From the NCBI GenBank assembly GCA_964016885.1, contig OZ024745.1, positions 116,684,001 to 116,748,000 of the forward strand: a DNA stretch of 64,000 nt, in the 5' to 3' direction. Below, piece by piece: positions 14,507 to 27,960 of the stretch (the first letter of the stretch is position 1; every line of letters begins with the position of its first letter). The position numbers and the translations under genes are program-made. The DNA comes from Eledone cirrhosa (taxonomy: Eukaryota). The notes under the pieces are model-generated. The model saw only the letters and a list, made by a program, of their open reading frames with translations. It was not told the origin of the DNA and made no database searches.

Positions 14507-14580
14507 TCACCTGATGAGATCAGTGATAATCGATCATGGCCACACGATCGATCTATCTCTTATTGAAACATGTGTCGTGA
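14507..14580 (+). ncRNA. Type-I hammerhead ribozyme with long stem II
   Basis: TCAC-CTGATGA-GATCAGTGATA ATCGATC..GATCGAT CTATCTCTTATT-GAAA-CATGTG-TC-GTGA; GUC triplet, ACATGT palindrome in stem III. Confidence 0.8.
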
Positions 14581-14767
14581 TTAAAATGATTGGAAATATA
14601 TACCATGCTTTCGGATTTTTATTTTGATACAAATACTCATCTTTACATCAGCTAGCTGTTCCCATAAATGGAATTGGAGATATACAAAAGCGTGGAGAAC
14701 TTAATATTGCTAACAAAAGTTTATTGGACCGTATGACACAACCAATAATACACCTTACTATATAATC

Positions 14768-14804
<37 letters not shown>

Positions 14805-14917
14805 AGGTGTATTATTGGTTGTGTCATATATATATATATACTTAACGTAAATATTGATGCAATTCAATTCAAGCACTCAACGCACTTTTTCCACATAGGA
14901 GTGACGGAGTATATATT

Positions 14918-16378
14918 GAATAAGAAAGCGAAGTAGTTTCAGATTTTAAAGTCCTTTAATAATCATTGTTTCTACTTTTGGCACAAGGCCAGCAATTACC
15001 CAGTACATTACTGGTACTTTATTTTATCGACCCCGTAAGGATGAAAGGCAAAGTTAACCCGGAGGGATTTGAACTCAGACTGTAAAGGGACGTAACTATG
15101 CTAGAAAGCATGGCGTCCAACCCTCTACCGATACTACCAAATCACCGCCCTCTGCCAAGTCCTTTAATAATAATGCTGTGATACATATTTCAATGACAAC
15201 AGTGGCCATACGTTTCGGTGCGCCCCGTGCCGTGACATCATCAGTCAGCTTGTTACATAATAAGGTTATGTTTCCGAAGCAATCCAAATTGAATCGACAT
15301 GGGAACGGACAAAGCGTGTGCTCTTGAGTTCTTTGCCCGTTCCCTTGTGAGTCCCAATTCAACCCCACCGGTCTTCAGGCGCAAGTCCGAAGTAAGTTGA
15401 CCATCAACTACCGCAGAGTTCTACGAAACTCGCCTAGGCAGGTCCCGCTCTCAACCAAACATGACCCCATCCAGGCATGTAATATGACACGGTTATAGCT
15501 TACTGCTAGTCACCCTGTTAGTGGTAGCCGGCCGAAAGCTAGTGGGGGTGGGAGAGTATGAGTATCAATAGGTCCCACTACTACCCCTAAATTAAGCATG
15601 GACAGTAGAATTGACCATCCACCGCTAAGAAAATATATACCTATTTCTAGGTATTATGGTTTCACAGTGGAAATTATGAATGAGAGTTGGAAATTAACAC
15701 TAAAAATTAAAAATCAAAAACCAAAAATTTAAAAAAATTAAAAGTTAGAATCTAGATTGAAGTAAGTAAAAAAAATATATGTACATATAATAACTAATAA
15801 ATAGGGAAATGTTAAAGTTATAGTAAGAAGTTGTGAAAGTGGGATCAATGTTACAGATATATTATGTACATATTCAACGATAGTACTGTACAGTAGAACG
15901 GAGCGTAAATTACAGTATGAAGCGTAGTAGTTAGGCGAATACATAGTTAATATCGCTATCACATGGAACAAAACAAAAAAATGCAAGGTATAACATACAC
16001 AAAAATACAAAAAATACATGAAATACATAGATGTAAAATGAGATAGGAGATACATATGTAAAATTAGATAGGAGATATATATGAGAAACATATGCGAAGA
16101 AGGTAAACTGCATGGAAATGAGGGTATAAGTGGTTAATATGATTGTAAATTTGTCCATATAAAGGTTTGTTATCTGGTGAAGCGAGGGGGCTTCTGTTCA
16201 AGGCCTCTGTGCAGATTCAATTTCGATTACCTCGGAAACATAACCTTATTATGTAACAAGCTGTCTGATGATGTCACGGCACTGGGCAACCGAACCCTGT
16301 GGCCACTGTTGTCATTGAAATATGTATCACAGGATTATTGTTAAAGAACTTTAACATCTGAAACTACTTCGCTTTCTT

Positions 16379-16382
<4 letters not shown>
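14918..16382. mobile_element. PLE-type inverted repeat module with decayed HHR-like motifs
   Basis: 14918-15295 (minus the SINE) is the reverse complement of 16214-16382; ends in (TA)n; contains CTGATGA and GAAAC..GTA pieces. Confidence 0.7.
14964..15150 (-). mobile_element. SINE family A, 15-bp TSD
   Basis: AAGTCCTTTAATAAT at 14949-14963 and 15157-15171. Confidence 0.95.
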
Positions 16383-16438
<56 letters not shown>

Positions 16439-16508
16439 ATACATTATAAAGAGAGAAGAAACATTAGATATAATTAATAAGATATACCATACCCAAATTC
16501 GTTAATTA

Positions 16509-16563
16509 CTCCTCGACTACGTAGTTTCGTGGCATATTATGCAAAAACACTACATCAAAAAGA
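16509..16563 (-). ncRNA. Decayed type-I hammerhead motif
   Basis: Minus strand: TTGATGT a GTG..GCATA A TATGC CAC-GAAA-CTACGTAG-TC-GAGGAG; 3' half and palindromic stem III intact, 5' core mutated. Confidence 0.5.
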
Positions 16564-17002
16564 TATATAGAATTTTTGTGAGGTCTGCCGACTTGTCAAT
16601 AGGATATCTCATTAAGAGTTTCAAAACACATCCGTAGGACGCGAGATAGAGAGATAGGCGGAGGGGGAGTCAATCACGTGATACAGCGGTCAAGAAACAG
16701 AGCTAAGCCTCTTACAACCATGAAAAAAAATACCACGGAGGCGGAAGGGGTACTTATATAAAAGCCGTAGAAGAGGTGGCTAGGATGGGGAGAAGTATGA
16801 GTAATGATAGCTTTCCAGCGGTCACTACACTTCAAAGGTTACTCTACCATAGGGAGTTATAAACAATATATAGAGAGAAACACACAGATACAAGCGGTTA
16901 CATACATACACATGAATATATCCACATATATCCTGGAGTTAGTGGTGCCAACCTCTATCCTTCAAGGTGGATATATTCATGTATCTGTGTGTTTCTGCAT
17001 AT

Positions 17003-18067
<1,065 letters not shown>

Positions 18068-18409
18068 ATATATATATATAATTGTAACAACAGATCATCT
18101 CAACTCAAAAATGCTTTTATCTGCGTTGAAGATAAATACATTTCAAAGTACAGTTCTGATTATAAATTCTACGTAAATATTATGGATTTGATAGTTTCTT
18201 GATATTTCTATATTATTTTAGGCATGCAAGAAAAAGTTTTCATCGCTATGTATAGGAATTCTAAATTTACAATCTGTGAAGCTATTTGGAAGATGGAAAG
18301 CTTACAACCAAATCACTTAAACATGTTTTTAGAAGCTCTTTATATATGAAGCAAAGATACAATTCTTTATTTCAAAGAGTGTATATATATAAAATAAACA
18401 ATACAATAT

Positions 18410-18487
18410 AATTACCTCCTTACCAGAGGTTTCCCGAATAAGACGAATACAAAAAACGTCCTCATTCGTTCGTCAGACAAGGCAATT
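18410..18487 (-). ncRNA. Type-I hammerhead ribozyme
   Basis: Minus strand: AATTGCCTTGT-CTGACGA-a CGAATGAGGACG..CGTCTTATTCG g-GAAA-CCTCTGG-TA-AGGAGGTAATT; 11-bp stem I with one mismatch, GUA triplet. Confidence 0.75.
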
Positions 18488-18628
18488 TAAAATATAGTGA
18501 AATATTTGAAAAATCTCCTTAAGAAAGGCAAAGGTAGTGTTTATTATACATTAAATTTAGCTCTGTAACTTACATAGAGCACTCTTCACTCCTATGACTT
18601 TTTCAATTTTCAACGGAAACTTCAATAC

Positions 18629-18683
<55 letters not shown>

Positions 18684-18870
18684 CTCTGTCCCGTCCGGCT
18701 GACTCTGGCTAGGTATACCGGCATTTTATCTTTTCAGGAACCCCCCTCCCCTCTACTCCAGTGCAAAGATACTGCACGCCCTCTCAATTCAGCGAGGGTG
18801 GTGGTCGTGGGGGTGAGGGTGGGTTAACGTGCTCTGATGTTGGGTTTGAATAGTTAAAAATCGGACTCAG

Positions 18871-19176
18871 TTATGCAAGGACCTCTATGGCACACTGATG
18901 CTGTAATGCAATGTGGATGCAATCAGCTTGTGAACTCACCTGCTCCAATCTGGCTTGTTCTGTCTGTGTTGCTCTCCTGCCTTCTGCACGGGACCTCAGT
19001 TGCTGAAGGCGGGACTGGCGCTGCTCTTGAGACTGGGCTGATCGAATGACTCTCGCTTGAGTCCTCATCTGTTGAACGCGACGTTCATGATCATCTTCAG
19101 ACTCTCTTGCTCTAGTAATATTTTTTCTTCTGGAAAATCTGATCTTGCGGCCAGGCTGGGACTTTTTTGGTGGCAT
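18871..19176 (-). pseudogene. Probable Helitron Rep/helicase N-terminal fragment
   Basis: MPPKK..RARESEDDHERRVQQMR..RSAQSQEQRQSRLQQLRSR..RRATQTEQARLEQ resembles the R/E/Q-rich repeats at the N-terminus of animal Helitron proteins; no Rep or helicase domain follows. Confidence 0.5.
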
Positions 19177-19300
19177 ATCGGCAGTAACAATGACGATAAG
19201 CCGTCTGTGCTTTCGTGAAATAAATAGGTTTGTTTATATTTTGTTTTTGTGTATGCAAACATATCTATACACGAATATATATATTAAAATAACAGATTAA

Positions 19301-19351
19301 AGTTTAAGCAAAGAATCGCTGCTTTCACCCTTAACGGGATCTTCTGAAACT
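19301..19351 (-). ncRNA. Hammerhead-fold motif with A at core position 4 (CAGAAGA)
   Basis: Minus strand: AGTTT-CAGAAGA-t CCC gttaa GGG t-GAAA-GCA..TGC-TT-AAACT; all three stems pair. Confidence 0.55.
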
Positions 19352-19780
19352 AAAAAAATCAATATATATTATATATGTGTGTGGGGGCAGAGTAATATAG
19401 ATATGTAATATAGGTAAAATTGTTAAGAAATTACGCATGAATGTAATAGCATGCATTTAGTGCAGAGCAATCAAAAGAAAAGATTTGTTATATAGATGCA
19501 TATATATATATTAAAAGAAATAGCTCCGCTTTTTCAATCTATTCTCTGAATATTACAAATAGAAATCTAGGATAAGAAAAAAAGTCTTAAGTTGAATCTT
19601 ATATAGGGCCACCTAAAACACAGAAACGTATTTCAACCTCGCAGCAAAATTGATAAAGAAACAGAAAATAGAAATTAATCAATGTCTAAACTTAAAACAT
19701 CATTAAATAAATATCAAAACATAGAACTTATTATTCTTATAGATATTAGCTTTAATATATCTCTGAGTTCAAGTGCTCAT

Positions 19781-19995
19781 AATAATTGTTTCGGATTTAG
19801 GAACAAGGCCAACAATTTTGGGAATGGAAAGTCGATTAAATCGAGCAAGGGATTTACTGGTACTTTATTTTATCAACCCCATAAGGATGAAAGACAAAGC
19901 TAATCTCGGAGGGATTTGAACTCAGAACGTAAAGGGACGTGACGCTATGCCCCAAAGCATGTCGGACGCTCAACCAATACCGGCAATGCCCGCCC
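19781..19995 (-). mobile_element. SINE family A, long-tail variant
   Basis: Reverse complement of the consensus with the extra GTCGATTAAATCGA segment. Confidence 0.85.
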
Positions 19996-20115
19996 TTAAC
20001 CTACTCATAATAATGGCAGAAGATTTTTTTTATTAATTTTATAAACAATATACAGATACACAGGTGTTCACAGTCATGTCTGTTTGTATATATATAATGT
20101 ACAGAGGTAATACAC

Positions 20116-20266
20116 CTTTTAGAAGCCATCTCTGCTCGGATCCAATTCTGTATTTGGTTCCCTTCAATCTCTTTCACTCTGTACTCGATCAGTTTTAGTA
20201 AATATCTTGAATAGACCGAGGCTATATTGCTAAACAAAACCTGCAACTTAGTTTTGCCTACAACAT
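20116..20266 (-). CDS. Possible internal exon of an unidentified host gene
   Basis: Open frame DVVGKTKLQVLFSNIASVYSRYLLKLIEYRVKEIEGNQIQNWIRAEMASK between cttattttcAG and AG|GTgtat; no recognisable homology. Confidence 0.2.
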
Positions 20267-21559
20267 CTGAAAATAAGTTATGCAATTATTTTGCTAACAT
20301 AGAAATGTTAGCAATTAGGTATTGCAACATGCCACGAGATTTATATGTCCACCTACAAGTAGCAAACCATTTATATTTCAGGAGGTTGTCTAACAAAGTC
20401 CATGCTGAGAAAGTAATCATCGCTATCTACCATTCCTATTAGTTTCGACGTTCCAATAACTTTTTGACTGCTCATAGTTTATGCTTAATTATGCAAAGTT
20501 AGAAACAGAATATATCTTCACAAATGTGTTTCACTTTAAGTTTATAACCATCTGCCAAATATTACTTTGTATTTTTCTTCTACTCTAATTTTATTCGTAC
20601 GGTTAATTTTGTATCTGAACAAGAAACACAATTCTGCTGCAATGATATATTTGGTCATCTGATAATAAACTGTAACCTGTGGTAATGGATACTAGAGTTG
20701 TTTTAGAAAGATCCCTGCTAATAGACTAATATTCTTTTCAAAAAGGAAAACACATTGTCTTTCATTCTGTAAAGACATTACCTCCATACTGACACTATTG
20801 ATTCCGCATATACGAGGCGTATATATTATATTATATATACTGGTACATGTGTATATGGTTATGTGTATACGTGAGTTTTGCGTGTATGTGCGTGTGTGTG
20901 CATGTAGGGTGTGTGTATATGTGTACTTTGTGTTTTGGTTGACGTTGTTTAGCGAACATATGTGTATTTACATGTAGGTGTGTGTGTGCGCGCGTTATAA
21001 ACGTATTTATGTGTGTATATCTATATACGTTTATATAATTTTATGTATACGCGCACACACACACACACATGTATATATATTTTTTTATATATGTTTTATG
21101 TGTATTTGGTGTATACGTTCGTATGTGTGCGGGTACAGGCGTTGCGTGGGTTTTTGTATGTGTGCGTGGTTTTGTGTACGTGCCTGTATTTGCATACCCA
21201 TGGCGGGTGTTTTTGCGTATACATGTGTATGTACGTATATGGATGCGTGCATGTATATATTTTTATTTATTTCAATTACCTCTGTAATTTATTTACATTA
21301 TTCTTAACTCTGAAGCCGAGAATCATTCGGTTTCCTAAAGAGAATTTTAGTCTACGACCTCAGTTATACCATAAACGTGGTTTTGCCTTTGCGTGTAATT
21401 GTTCTCATCGCGCCACATACTGCTTGCTTTGTTTATCTTCAGTGTTTCCGTTCATTGCCAGGGAAATTCTCCACGAACCAAAGTATCGTCTTTCTGTCTT
21501 CCTTCGGTTGCAACGTTTTTTGAAATATTTACTTCTGCGTTCACAGATTGATTTTTTTT

Positions 21560-21610
21560 AGTTTCAGAAGATCCCGTTAAGGGTGAAAGCAGCGATTCTT
21601 TGTTTAAACT
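21560..21610 (+). ncRNA. Inverted second copy of the CAGAAGA hammerhead-fold motif
   Basis: Part of the inverted repeat 19283-19363 / 21547-21632; next to a TA tract. Confidence 0.5.
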
Positions 21611-22534
21611 TTAATTTCTGTTATTTAAATAAATATATATATATTTATATATAGGATTAACTAAACATTTTCCCCTAACTTTCTTTACGATATTCGTCTT
21701 CGTCCATACTGTATTTTGTTTCACAACACTCCATTTTCCCATAATTATAAATTACAGGAACTTTAGTTTGAGTAGTGTTGTGGTCAAAATTGTTGAATCA
21801 TATGTAGAAAATATCCGGCAATTTCCATGTGTTTGATTGCAAAAGCAAGCTTGATCGATCAACCAATCAGGATTTGAGCTGTATAGAATTCTGAGCAACA
21901 CTACATGTTCACGTGGCTTACTAGTGTACGAGTATTTTCACAAATATATATACGTGTGTGTGCGCGTGTGTGGGTGTGTGTTGATGTGTATGTGTGTGTG
22001 TGTTTTGCTAAAAAAAGAGAGAGAGAGAGAATGAGTTAACATACACTGTTACGTGCATATATAGTCTACACATATGTACACACAAACTAACTACCATTAG
22101 CTTGATCTAATTTTCATTTTGACGATATCATATATACACAATAAAAGTAAATTTGTATTAAAAAAATAACGTTATATTGCCCCACAAGCATCATGAGTAG
22201 TATAGTCTATCAATTTGTTTCTCAGTCATGTATAACTAGGTAAATAGTAACGTTTTATGTATATCTCATAGGCACAGAAAAAAAAAGTAAGAAAATGTTT
22301 AAGCTAACTTGATGTGAATAGCAAATTAGATATTTTTAATGTTGAACAGCCATTAATTTCCAGACGGAAAAATGTGAGAAGAGAAATTAAATTTATAGAT
22401 TCCTCACCAGACCATATAGTGACAAAGGCTGGGATTCTATATAGACATGGTATATTGGATAAGTTCACAGCGGACATTAGCGTCACTGCTATAGATTAAG
22501 AATTCTGTTATACATATTGAATGTTATATGTGAA

Positions 22535-22835
22535 GGCACATGATTTGGTAGTTAGAGCGTTGGGAGTGCAACCGTGGGGTTGTGAGTTCGATTCCCGAGC
22601 AGAGTGATGAGCAAGACACATTATTTCACGTTGCTCCTGTTCACTCAGCTGTAGAAATGAGTTGCGACGTCACTGGGGCCAAGCTATATCGGCCTTGAAC
22701 AACATGTGGGGAGGGAGACTGGTATGCATGGACGACTGCAAGGTTTTCACAAACAAGTTTTCCCGGACTTGTGCCTCGGACGGGAACTTTCTAGGGGCCA
22801 ATCCCATGATCATTCGTGACCCAAAGGAGTCTTCC
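22535..22835 (+). mobile_element. SINE family B (CORE-like)
   Basis: Aligns end to end with 11428-11753. Confidence 0.85.
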
Positions 22836-23191
22836 TCTCTATACGTATACAACCATTACTGTAATGTATCTACATTGTGTCTCTCCTGTCGTTGTTTCTG
22901 GAACAATGTATTTTTTTTAAACTTTCTGATCGTATATCACCTCTAACAAAACTCTCCATATTTTATGTCTTTATATCATCTCATTACCATTGTCCTATCG
23001 GCATGTTACCATCCCAAACATTTTACATAACACTTGTTATTAAAAAGGCATCTTTTCAAACCTCCTTTTCATCTATGTTTGCTACAAATGGCTTGTAAAT
23101 TAAAATATTGAAATAATTGCGTTTAACTCATTTGGTTTTATTTAATCCCATTTCTAGCTGACATTCTTCTACCATTATTTCTTCTAAAAAA

Positions 23192-23380
23192 GGGCGGTGG
23201 ATTGGCAGTATCGGTAGAGAGTCGGACGCCATGCTTTCCAGCATAGTTACGTCCCTTTACGATCTGAATTCAAATCCCGCGAAGGTTGACTTTGCCTTTC
23301 ATCCTTACGGGGTCGATAAAATAAAGTACCAGTAATGCACTGCGTAATTGCTGGCCTTGTGCCTAAAGTAGAAACAATTA
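23192..23380 (+). mobile_element. SINE family A, 18-bp TSD
   Basis: ATTATTTCTTCTAAAAAA at 23174-23191 and 23377-23394. Confidence 0.95.
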
Positions 23381-23639
23381 TTTCTTCTAAAAAAACACCT
23401 AGGTATACTATTCCAAAGGTTCTTTACTAATTATTGTTATCAAAGTTTCTCAAACAATAACAGCAATAAACAAACAGAAAATAATGTCGAGTAGTTTTAA
23501 TATATACTAGGCAACGCGTGACCTGTTGGGTCACGTTCACTTCAAAATATTTTTAAAATATCATGTTCACTTAAAAATTATTTTTGAATAACTAAAATAT
23601 ACACAGACAGGTATATAAGGTAAAATGAAACTGGAAGGC

Positions 23640-23672
23640 CCATATATATGTGTGTGTATGTATATATATATA

Positions 23673-23721
<49 letters not shown>

Positions 23722-23798
23722 ATATATATATGTATATGTGTTTGAGGGTGTCTGTGATCTGTATATACTGGTCATAGACACACACACACATACACAGG

Positions 23799-23832
<34 letters not shown>

Positions 23833-23999
23833 AATATACACGCACTCACATATATATATACACACACAATAACAACACCAGCTCTCTTTCATTCTCCTTT
23901 TCTGTCTCCTCTCCCTCTCTATATGTCTCTCTTTCAATCTACTCTCTCACAGCCACTATCTCTTTCTCTCCATCTTTCTCTCTCTCTCTCCCTCTCTCA

Positions 24000-24056
<57 letters not shown>
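23640..24056. repeat. Compound (TA/TG/CA)n and (CT)n microsatellites
   Basis: Direct reading. Confidence 0.95.
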
Positions 24057-24058
<2 letters not shown>

Positions 24059-24514
24059 GTAGGTACTCAGAAAACCCCATATCTCGGGAACCCGTGCTTC
24101 GATTTGCGCGAAACTTGTTTTATTCCATTTGTATTCCCATTTCAGGGGCAACTTCCTTTCAAAGTATTTTCTCATTATGCGCCCTTTTGGCTGTATTACA
24201 GACAAGCAAGCAAGTAAGCAATCACAGAGTTTTAGTAATAGATAGATAGACATGATGACCCTCCTATTCAACATGTCACATTGTTACATATTTCATAAAA
24301 TTACTAGGGAATAACACATCAAATCACAACTTACTATGATTTAATGAGAAACAAATTAAATTGCAATAAAACTAACACTTACGTCTACTAGAGTGCAATC
24401 GGCATCAAGGGTAGGCGTTCATACCGTTTTGTAAAAAATTCTAAGTACGTAGCATTTACTATTTGGAGCTAACCACGAGTTAACCTCGGCTTCGTAGCAA
24501 AACAGAAAACGGAT

Positions 24515-25172
24515 ACCAGTAATTTTAGATATTTCACAATAATATATACATTAACTTTAGATATTTCACAATAATATATACACCAACTTAAAATATTTCA
24601 AACTAATATATACACCAACTTAAAATATTTCACACTAATATATACACTAACTTAAAATATTTCACACTAATATATACAGTAACTTAAAATATTTCACACT
24701 AATATATACACTAACTTAAAATATTTCACACTAATATATACACTAACTTAAAATATTTCACACTAATATATACACTAACTTAAAATATTTCACACTAATA
24801 TATACAGTAACTTAAAATATTTCACACTAATATATACACTAACTTAAAATATTTCACACTAATATATACACTAACTTAAAATATTTCACACTAATATATA
24901 CACTAACTTAAAATATTTCACACTAATATATACAGTAATTCTAAATATTTGACACTAATATAAACAGTAATTCTAAATATTTGACACTAATATAAACAGT
25001 AATTCTAAATATTTGACACTAATATAAACAGTAATTCTAAATATTTGACACTAATATAAACAGTAATTCTAAATATTTGACACTAATATAAACAGTAATT
25101 CTAAATATTTGACACTAATATAAACAGTAATTCTAAATATTTGACACTAATATAAACAGTAATTCTAAATAT
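24515..25172. repeat. 32-bp AT-rich minisatellite, about 20 units in two variant blocks
   Basis: ACTAATATATACACTAACTTAAAATATTTCAC units switch near 24935 to ACTAATATAAACAGTAATTCTAAATATTTGAC. Confidence 0.95.
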
Positions 25173-25199
25173 TAGGAGGGATATTAGTAGTCTTTTATG

Positions 25200-26131
25200 T
25201 GACCTATGATCCGCACTTCCTACAACTGCCATCAGCTAGGAAACCATTGCGTTCCCCATATGGTGATGGATGATAAGCGATTGACTATAAATTAGATAGC
25301 CAATGCTATTAGAGAGTTTAGAATATTCTGCACAATGGACTTGACATAACGAAGGCTTCTGCTTGGTGAGTGCCACATCTTCTAACACCTGATCAAAAGA
25401 ACACCTGGCTAATCATATCACGGGGAAAATTCTACATTGTTTGAGGCAGATCCAGCTTGTTTCCTTGAAGGTTTCCTAACCCAGGATAAGTGTTGGGTTC
25501 ATCACTTTCAGTCAGAGATAAAGAGACAATCCATGCAGTGGACATACTACACCTCACATGCTGCAAAGAAGGCCAACGTTGTTTCATCTGCATGGAAAGT
25601 GATGGTCTCAGTTTTGGGGGATGCAAAAAGCATTGTGTTTATTCACTATCTTCAAAAGTGTCACACCATCAATGGAGAGTAATCCGCCAAATTGCCGAGA
25701 TAGTTACGAAATTCTATCAAGACCAAACACCCAGGAAAACTGACAAAATGGGTATTTTATTATCAAGACAGTGCTCCAACACACAAGTCCTTGGTTTCCA
25801 TGATTGCTGTGTGTGACTTTGGCTTTGAACTGGTTGACCACCCTACCTATTCTCTTGATTTAGCCCCATTTGACTATGATCTCATCGCAAACCTGAACAA
25901 AACACTTGGCTGGGATCCAGTATCACAGTGATGAGAACGTCATATCTGCTGTTGATGACATCTTTGACCAACAGGTTGAAATCTTCTTCACCAATGGTAT
26001 CAAAGTTCTGCAATACTGATGGAAGAAGTGTGTTGACCACAAGGGGGACTATGTTGAAAAATAAGCGTCATTTGATCACATTCCATGAGAGTAAGTTGGT
26101 CAGCCTATGAACATTTCAGCCGCCCCTCGTA
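25200..26131 (+). mobile_element. Degenerate mariner (DD34D) transposon relic
   Basis: Broken transposase: VPHLLTPDQK, TQDKCWVHHF, KVMVSV, TINGE, QDSAPTH, HPTYSLDLAPFDY; right TIR ending CCCCTCG+TA. Confidence 0.88.
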
Positions 26132-27699
26132 TTTTATTGTGTTGCCGTTGTAGCTTCTATTTAAAAGAGTTGAGTAATAAATATGCCATGTAAATCTCTT
26201 CTAAATATTAAAGCACGTTTAATGTTTAGGTTTCATTTCTTAGATTTATGGCATTGAACGACAAAGTTCTATATTTATAGGTCATTGATTTATATTGGAT
26301 ACCATTCTCTGGTAATGTACCACCTATTCTAGTCAGCTGAAGTAAGAAAAGTGGAATTTAATATACTGCGTCATATAAAACCACAGTAACTGGAATGCAT
26401 AACTAACTGTAAACACGTAGGACTTTGATATATTATATTCTACTTTATAGTATAAACGTGTATTTCAAAGGAATATGTAAATTTTATGAACAAACAATAC
26501 TCAAGTTATGTGAATGAATTCTCGAAGACTCCTGTAAATCAAGTAATATCGTGATAAAAAACCCCAGCATGCAAACAGAAAGATAAAAGTCTAGAGTTGT
26601 ATATTTGCTTTTATTGTAGCATTATATAATGTTTTTACTTACAAAAGCAAATCTTCTTATGAGATTATATCACAGACAGTAAAATTATATGAGATGAAAG
26701 GAATATTAGATGATGCGATAACTACTAACATCCAAAATTCACCCAGTTAACCTCCACTATATTCTATGTTTTATCACACATGAACGTATTCGTCCTTATT
26801 TGCTGGGTTTTTCTCTTCTTCCTTACTCTGCTCCAGGTAGTTTTGTCTCTCGCATTATGTCTCATAGGAGAATGATATTTGCAGGACATTCTCTCACAGT
26901 TGGCAATAATGTGATTAATATCTTCGGTTTTTACGTAGTCTATATTTGCTCATAGTTCGTTTTCTATCTTGGATATTTAGCTCTTGCTCTTGGGTTACTC
27001 TCAGGTCTCGAATAATCGCAAAATCCCCCACCCCACTTATTAATTTTTCAGATTTTCTCCAAACCCCCTCCCCACGTACTTATTCCACCCTACCACCCAC
27101 TTAAATGTTGCTACTCTATCTCCGGCGAAATTTTATTTTAAGTTGTAGCTTTCCTGCAATAAGTAATTGACTTTAGACATTAAAAAACATTATACATGAC
27201 AGAAAAGTGCATTGCAAGATAATATATATTATAAAATATATATGATGGGTTGGGGTCTCAATATCTAAACTAAACATCTAATTCTAGTTCCTAAAATATC
27301 AAGGGAGACAACCTAGAAAATGTACCGAATTTCCACCAACACACCACTATTTTTGTAACCCTAGAGAACATTAAAATAGTTTTCATAAAACTGTCTTGTT
27401 TTGGTGTAATTTGTCTCCTCTGTAGTGTGAGCTTTTCGAGTCAAATATGTATTCAAATCATTCTCGGGGAACTAGTCTATCTTTTATTGTATTGCAGTGT
27501 GTAATCTTATTTCCCAATGCTAGTTTGATGGAAATGTGTGTCACCTTTCATTTTATAGGTCTCCCTAAGCTCATTAGCTCTCTCATGTTATCATTTTCGT
27601 GAAGAATAAATGATGGATTGCAAAGTCTCAGAAACTTCAGATGTATACAGTTATGATGTGAACTATTTCTATAATGCAAAACTCTGTATTGTCCTGCAA

Positions 27700-27960
27700 G
27701 TTGTTCCATCACACCTGCCAGTTAACCATACAGCACCTCTTTACAGGAAAGCCATTCAGCAATAACGAGGTGGTAAAGAGATTATTTCAACTAACTCTTA
27801 AACTACCTGACCCTGCAGATTCATCACTCATGATAGAACTTTGCAAAATATCCATCATCCACCACTTGGATGAAGAGAGAACTACCATGAAAACCTTACA
27901 AAAATGGAAATCTCCTGGCCCCAAAATATTCCTACAGAGATTTTAAAGGAGGATAGTTAC
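27700..27960 (+). mobile_element. Old LINE fragment (RT domain 0 region)
   Basis: MKTLQKWKSPGPKI resembles the KSPGPDGI motif. Confidence 0.4.

Noticed and set aside
24515-25172. CRISPR-like periodic 32-bp array
   Set aside because: Head-to-tail units with no unique spacers, eukaryotic context and no cas genes.
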